This document shows positions 45,734 through 50,423 of a stretch of 50,423 nt of DNA, piece by piece (within the stretch, counting starts at the first letter, position 1; the number at the start of each line of letters is the position of its first letter). The position numbers were made by a program, and so were the translations under genes. Source of the stretch: an uncultured Candidatus Saccharibacteria bacterium. GTDB taxonomy: Bacteria > Patescibacteriota > Minisyncoccia > Minisyncoccales > GWA2-38-27. The notes beneath the pieces are model-generated. The model saw nothing but the letters and a program-made list of their open reading frames with translations. It was not told the DNA's origin and did no database searches. The stretch is taken from positions 88,349 through 138,771 of the forward strand of contig CAYMZK010000002.1 in NCBI GenBank assembly GCA_964394985.1, in the 5' to 3' direction.

Positions 45734-46078
45734 ATGAAACTATTTAAGAAAAAAGAAGAAGACTCGAAAGATTTAGAAGAAATCTTAAAAGAATTTAGGG
45801 AGTTAAAAAAAGAAGTTCAAGAGCTTTCTAGAAAAACAAAAACAGCCATTCAAAAAGTTGGTATTGTTCGGTATAATCCTTTTTCCAATACAGGAAGTGA
45901 TTTAAGTTTTTCTATCGCCTTGCTTGATAATAATAATAATGGTATAGTGATCACCAGTTTATACACTACTGAAGAAAACAGGGTTTATGGAAAACCAGTC
46001 TTAAAAGGAAGTTCAAGTTACTCATTATCAAAAGAAGAAGAAAAAGCAATAAAAGAAGCAATTAATAATGGAGAATAA
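45734..46078 (+). CDS. DUF4446 family protein
   Basis: QKVGIVRYNPF..GSDLSFSIALLD, RVYGKP, LSKEE. Confidence 0.85.
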   Translation: MKLFKKKEEDSKDLEEILKEFRELKKEVQELSRKTKTAIQKVGIVRYNPFSNTGSDLSFSIALLDNNNNGIVITSLYTTEENRVYGKPVLKGSSSYSLSKEEEKAIKEAINNGE

Positions 46079-47558
46079 TAAAAACAATTTAATAACTAGG
46101 CCGCCGGTGGTAACAATACTTGGTCATGTTGATCATGGGAAATCTTCTATACTAGAAGCTATTAAGAATTTAAAAATCACAGCCAAAGAATCAGGTGGCA
46201 TTACTCAACATATTGCTGCCTATGAAATTGAACATGAGAGCAAAAAGATTACTTTTGTTGACACTCCTGGCCATGAAGCTTTTTCAGCCATGCGTTCTCG
46301 TGGAGCAAAGCTAGCTGATATTGCTGTTTTGGTAATTGCTGCAGAAGAAGGAATTAAACCTCAAACTAAAGAAGCCATTAAGCATATTAAAGAAAGAGGA
46401 ATCCCGATGATTGTGGCTTTAAACAAAGCAGATAAGCCAGAAGCTAATCCTGAAAGAGTTAAAAGAGAGTTAATGTCTGAAGAAATTGTGGTTGAGTCTT
46501 TTGGCGGAAAAGTTCCTTCAGTTAACGTTTCGGCTACTACTGGCAAAGGAATTCCAGAGTTATTAGAGTTAATTTTACTGTTAGCCGAAGTTGAAGAATA
46601 TCAAGCCGATCTTTCATTAAGAGCAACTGGTTATATTGTTGAATCTCATTTAGATCCTAATAGAGGCGCTACGGCTACCATGATTATAAAGAATGGGACA
46701 TTGAATAAAGGAGATGTTATCGGTACTTCTTCAGCGGTAGGAAAAGTAAAAAATATGGAAGATTTTCAAGGAAACTCTTTAGAAGAGGCCATTCCATCTA
46801 TGCCGGTTATTATTCTGGGTTTTGAAAGCGTTCCAAATGTTGGCGAGGGGGTCAAAGTCTTTTCAGATACAGAAGAAGCCAAAGAGCAATCTTCAAAATC
46901 ATTGGGAATATTTCAAGAAGAGAGCTTGGCTACCGACAAAGAAGAAGTTTTAAAGTTAATTATTAAGGCCGATGTGCGAGGTTCTCTAGAAGCAATTAAA
47001 GAAGTTTTAAAAACTATTCCTCAAGAAAAAGCAAGAATTCAAGTTTTGAGAGCAGAAGTTGGAGAGATTAATGAATCTGATGTTAAGTTGGCCGAAACAT
47101 CAGAGGCAATGATTGTTGGGTTTAGAGTAAAAGCTAATTCTATTGCTAAAAAATTAGCCCTAAGAGATAAGATTAGGCTAGTTACTTTTGATGTTATTTA
47201 TCATTTAGGAGAAGCGGTTAGAACGGCTTTGGAAAAAAAGGTATCTCATGAATTAGTTAGGAAGAACCAAGGGAAGTTTAAGGTTTTGACTATTTTTAAA
47301 GCAGACAAAAATGGTCAAATTCTTGGAGGGAAAGTTCTAAGTGGTGAAATTAAAAAATCAGCCTTATTGGATATTTATCGAGATGAAGAAAAGGTTGGCA
47401 AGGGAAAAATCATTAAACTTCAAAGAGAGAAAAAAGAAGTAGGAGAAGTGGTCAAAGGATACGAGTGTGGAATGTTATATAGAGGAGAGGTTGAAGTTCA
47501 AGAAGACGATATTTTAGAAGCCTATACTGAAGAAACATATAGACCGGGATTGGATTGA
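46068..47558 (+). CDS. infB: Translation initiation factor IF-2 (no N-terminal extension)
   Basis: [43 protein letters not shown]. Confidence 0.97.
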   Translation: MENNKNNLITRPPVVTILGHVDHGKSSILEAIKNLKITAKESGGITQHIAAYEIEHESKKITFVDTPGHEAFSAMRSRGAKLADIAVLVIAAEEGIKPQTKEAIKHIKERGIPMIVALNKADKPEANPERVKRELMSEEIVVESFGGKVPSVNVSATTGKGIPELLELILLLAEVEEYQADLSLRATGYIVESHLDPNRGATATMIIKNGTLNKGDVIGTSSAVGKVKNMEDFQGNSLEEAIPSMPVIILGFESVPNVGEGVKVFSDTEEAKEQSSKSLGIFQEESLATDKEEVLKLIIKADVRGSLEAIKEVLKTIPQEKARIQVLRAEVGEINESDVKLAETSEAMIVGFRVKANSIAKKLALRDKIRLVTFDVIYHLGEAVRTALEKKVSHELVRKNQGKFKVLTIFKADKNGQILGGKVLSGEIKKSALLDIYRDEEKVGKGKIIKLQREKKEVGEVVKGYECGMLYRGEVEVQEDDILEAYTEETYRPGLD

Positions 47559-47591
47559 AGAAAGAATTAAAATGTGATATAAATTTAATGT

Positions 47592-47663
<72 letters not shown>

Positions 47664-47682
47664 CATAAAACTGAATATACTT

Positions 47683-47766
47683 GCCACGGTGTCGTAATTG
47701 GTAACCGAGATTGACTTAAAATCAATTGGGAGCAATCCCGTGTGGGTTCGAGTCCCACCCGTGGCA
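47683..47766 (+). tRNA. tRNA-Leu(UAA)
   Basis: GCCACGG/CCGTGGC acceptor, ATTGA-CTTAAAA-TCAAT, variable arm GGGA-GCAA-TCCC. Confidence 0.93.
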
Positions 47767-47771
47767 CATTT

Positions 47772-48509
47772 ATGGTAGCATTACCAATAAATGATAAATT
47801 TTTTTCTTCTTGGAGCTCTGAAATGAGTTATGTCTTGGGTTTTATAGTTGCTGATGGGTGTGTTGGGGTTAGAAGAATTAGAAAGAAAGATAAGGTTGAA
47901 AACTATTATTTTAATATTACCAGTAAAGATAAAAGCATCTTAGAAAATATCAAAAAAGCAATGAATTCTTATCATAAAATTCATTCAAAGAAAAACGGCA
48001 GAAACGATGGTCGAAAATATTACTTTATCCAAGCTGGATGTCAGGAAATTTGCAAAGATTTAATTAACTTGGGAGTTCGCCCTAGAAAAACCTATAATTT
48101 AAAATCTTTAAATGTTCCTGACAGATATTTTTCTGATTTTGTTAGAGGTTTCTTTGATGGAGATGGAAGTGTTTACATATATAATGTTAATGGAGTTCTT
48201 CAAATTAAGTCAGCATTTGTTAGCACTAGCTTTGAGTTTATCGATAATTTTAATAACCAGCTTTGTAAACAATTAAATATTATAAAGAAAAATATTCATA
48301 AAGATCTTCCGAAAAGAGAAGATCAACTTCTTAATAAATACTATATTGATTTTTATATTGATGATTCCATAAAATTATCAAATTTTATGTATGGGAATAA
48401 CCCAAAACTGTATTTGTCTAGGAAAAGGGATGTCTTTGAAAAATGGAAGTCTGTAAAAAGAAGACGCTATGTAAAAAAGAGCTATCCATCCAAAATCAAA
48501 GTAATATAA
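47772..48509 (+). CDS. Double-motif LAGLIDADG homing endonuclease-like protein
   Basis: YVLGFIVADG and FVRGFFDGDGS; ATG 5 nt after tRNA-Leu. Confidence 0.88.
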   Translation: MVALPINDKFFSSWSSEMSYVLGFIVADGCVGVRRIRKKDKVENYYFNITSKDKSILENIKKAMNSYHKIHSKKNGRNDGRKYYFIQAGCQEICKDLINLGVRPRKTYNLKSLNVPDRYFSDFVRGFFDGDGSVYIYNVNGVLQIKSAFVSTSFEFIDNFNNQLCKQLNIIKKNIHKDLPKREDQLLNKYYIDFYIDDSIKLSNFMYGNNPKLYLSRKRDVFEKWKSVKRRRYVKKSYPSKIKVI

Positions 48510-48539
48510 TTAATAATTTAAAGTTATTTAAGGTTAATT

Positions 48540-50084
48540 CTACGCGGGTTCGAATCCCGCCTCGGGCACCAGAATTTGACTTTCGAAAAATTGACCGATG
48601 TTTTCGTGGGCGGCACGCAGTGCCGCCCATTGATTTTGTGGCTCGCCGCGCACGGCGCGGCTCGCCAAACGCAGGTTCGAGCCAAAGATTTCTTTGGCAG
48701 CAACCTTTTTCTCCAAAAGGTTGCTATCCCTTGCGATTTTGACGAGGTTTGAAGCGACTTTTATCCATTCTCTCATCGGTTCGAGCCAATCATTCTGCTT
48801 TTGTTCAATCCGTGCCATTTTCTCCTCCAGCGACTTCTTTTCGGACAATAAAATTGCTTTCTGTTCTCGGTAGTCCTCGCGTTCAATATCTTGCTCTAAA
48901 TACCCTTCCAGAAGTCGCTGGAGCTTCGTTTGTATGGCGTGGATTTTGTTTTGGCTTTCAAGAACAAAAGCAGAAACGGATTGGGCGGACTTGTTTTTGT
49001 CAGCTTCTGCCATAGTTAGTAATTTTTCCGCCCAATCCGCGCGCAAAGAAAATTTTTGAAGCAGAGAGGAAATTTGTTTGTCCAGTTCCTCTTGGCGAAT
49101 ACAGGGTTCGGGACATTTGATTGATTTGTTCTTTTTCGTGCAGTGGTAATAAATATAATCGTGAGTATTGCCGTTCTTTTGCTTTTTAACCCTGTATTCG
49201 CCAGTTATGGACATTCCGCAAGTGCCACACTTTAGCAGTCCGCAATAATCTTGCGGCTCATACTTGGTTTTGTGATGTGGCCTTCCTCTCTGCTTCAAGA
49301 TTTCCTGCACTTTATCAAAAATTTTCTTTGCGACGATTGGCTCGTATTTTCCTTCGTGAAGCTCACCGCCATATTTGAATAATCCAATGTAGAACGGATT
49401 GGAAAGGATAAAAGTCGCCCTCGTCTTGTGGATTTTCTTTCCGCCGCGGGATAAAATCCCGCGTTGCGCCAAAAAGTCCGAGACATCTTCAAGTCGAGCG
49501 TTGCCAGTGGAGTAAAACTCAAAAACGGATTTGATAACTTTCCCCTTTTTTCTATCAACAATTATGGATTTATTTCGAACATCGTTTATATGGCCGATGG
49601 GCGCAACGCTCGGATATTCGCCTCGTCTAACTTTTTGGCGCAAACCACGCTTCGTGTTTTCGGAAAGAGAATCCACATAGTATTTGCTTTGCCCAAACGC
49701 TATATTGAGCATGAACTTTCCTTGTGGTGTTGGCTCAAACCACAGCGTTGGAAACTTCAAGCTCGCAAGTTTTTCAGTATCCAAAAGGTAGATGATACGC
49801 CTGCCGTCCACGGAATTGCGCGCCAATCTGTCGGCGTGCCAAGCCAAAATTCCGTTGGCCTCGCCATCCTCAATTTTTTTCAACATCTCGCCAAATATCG
49901 GACGGCCCGGAATTTTGGCTGATTGCTTTTCAATAAATATTTCAACAATGTTTAGATTTTCTTGTTTCGCAAAGGCGCGCAACTCTGCGATCTGGTCTTC
50001 AATCGAGCGCACTTGTTTATCCTCAACATCAGTAGATTTGCGGGCATATAGAAAGAATTTTTGCAAAGTAATAAGATTGTTCAT
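48540..50084 (-). CDS. Large serine recombinase (resolvase + recombinase + Zn-ribbon + coiled coil)
   Basis: YARKST catalytic Ser, DRLARN, CGTCG..YYHC..C; ends VPEAGFEPA in the antisense of the tRNA half. Confidence 0.95.
   Translation of the reverse strand: MNNLITLQKFFLYARKSTDVEDKQVRSIEDQIAELRAFAKQENLNIVEIFIEKQSAKIPGRPIFGEMLKKIEDGEANGILAWHADRLARNSVDGRRIIYLLDTEKLASLKFPTLWFEPTPQGKFMLNIAFGQSKYYVDSLSENTKRGLRQKVRRGEYPSVAPIGHINDVRNKSIIVDRKKGKVIKSVFEFYSTGNARLEDVSDFLAQRGILSRGGKKIHKTRATFILSNPFYIGLFKYGGELHEGKYEPIVAKKIFDKVQEILKQRGRPHHKTKYEPQDYCGLLKCGTCGMSITGEYRVKKQKNGNTHDYIYYHCTKKNKSIKCPEPCIRQEELDKQISSLLQKFSLRADWAEKLLTMAEADKNKSAQSVSAFVLESQNKIHAIQTKLQRLLEGYLEQDIEREDYREQKAILLSEKKSLEEKMARIEQKQNDWLEPMREWIKVASNLVKIARDSNLLEKKVAAKEIFGSNLRLASRAVRGEPQNQWAALRAAHENIGQFFESQILVPEAGFEPA
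48544..48571 (+). pseudogene. Orphan tRNA 3' half (T-arm + acceptor strand + CCA), att-like
   Basis: GCGGG-TTCGAAT-CCCGC-CTCGGGC-A-CCA; no matching GCCCGAG 5' half upstream. Confidence 0.8.
48571..48680. repeat. Left arm of a 110-bp perfect inverted repeat
   Basis: Its reverse complement equals 50260-50369. Confidence 0.92.
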
Positions 50085-50109
50085 AGCTTTGGAAATTTAT
50101 TAAAACTTA

Positions 50110-50233
50110 AATGACCGCCCCGGTGCGACAAACCAAGGAAAAACCTTGATTGGTTCCGAGACGGCCATTAAAAAAGGCTTTTCCACTTCAGTTTGTCGCA
50201 AATTCATTATAGCAAAAATTTTTTTTTGGGCAA
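50110..50233 (-). promoter_or_regulatory. Recombinase promoter and structured 5' leader
   Basis: TTGCCC-16 nt-TATAAT with extended TG; leader stems AATGGCCGTCTCGG/CCGGGGCGGTCATT and TGCGACAAAC/GTTTGTCGCA. Confidence 0.6.
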
Positions 50234-50259
50234 AGCAAATACAAAAATCGCAAGAGATT

Positions 50260-50418
50260 TCGAACCTGCGTTTGGCGAGCCGCGCCGTGCGCGGCGAGCC
50301 ACAAAATCAATGGGCGGCACTGCGTGCCGCCCACGAAAACATCGGTCAATTTTTCGAAAGTCAAATTCTTGTGCGTTTATTCAACCAAGTTCGAACTTAT
50401 TTTACCAGGAATTTTTGA
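50260..50418 (+). repeat. Right arm of the 110-bp inverted repeat plus alternative recombinase C-terminus
   Basis: 50260-50369 encodes SNLRLASRAVRGEPQNQWAALRAAHENIGQFFESQIL, then VRLFNQVRTYFTRNF*. Confidence 0.85.
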
Positions 50419-50423
50419 AAAAT

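Noticed and set aside
46068-47558. Short IF2 (also short MurE and stand-alone 5'-3' exonuclease) as truncation pseudogenes
   Set aside because: Catalytic motifs are intact and such compact forms are usual in reduced CPR genomes.
48443-50103. Overlapping ORFs inside the recombinase gene
   Set aside because: Antisense or off-frame shadows of a well-supported CDS.
50146-50418. 90-aa ORF as an independent gene
   Set aside because: Its N-terminal part is the antisense of the recombinase leader/promoter with a TTG start; only the repeat-derived tail is meaningful.

Overview
AT-rich bacterial chromosome segment spanning the replication origin (dnaN-dnaA / rpmH-rnpA-yidD-yidC-jag). Gene content suggests Patescibacteria/CPR, probably Parcubacteria (inference): T4SS-pilin-domain proteins with PrgI/VirB4/VirB6-like genes, short IF2 and MurE, a stand-alone 5'-3' exonuclease. 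TAA, TAG and TGA all act as stops. Besides housekeeping genes (rsmA, class A PBP, tyrS, ruvABC, tsaE, mutM, holA, rpsT, murE, infB) and three intact tRNAs (Ser-CGA, Cys-GCA, Leu-UAA), the window holds: (1) a repeat-bounded high-GC islet with a DGR-type target gene, a GNA-loop hairpin and an unannotated reverse-transcriptase C-terminal remnant; (2) a large serine recombinase that ends inside a tRNA 3' half and whose 3' coding segment recurs as a perfect 110-bp inverted copy upstream of the gene, offering an alternative C-terminus; (3) a head-to-head Elp3 + Trm9/ALKBH8-like pair suggesting eukaryote/archaea-type mcm5U34 synthesis; (4) a promoter-driven ~140-nt rod-like ncRNA; (5) a 20-bp palindrome inserted in both a tRNA D-loop and mutM, that tRNA being further interrupted by a probable GIY-YIG ORF; (6) a soluble two-component cluster with two V4R-like proteins; (7) many apparently leaderless core genes. 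Family assignments come from motif recognition by eye; no searches were run.
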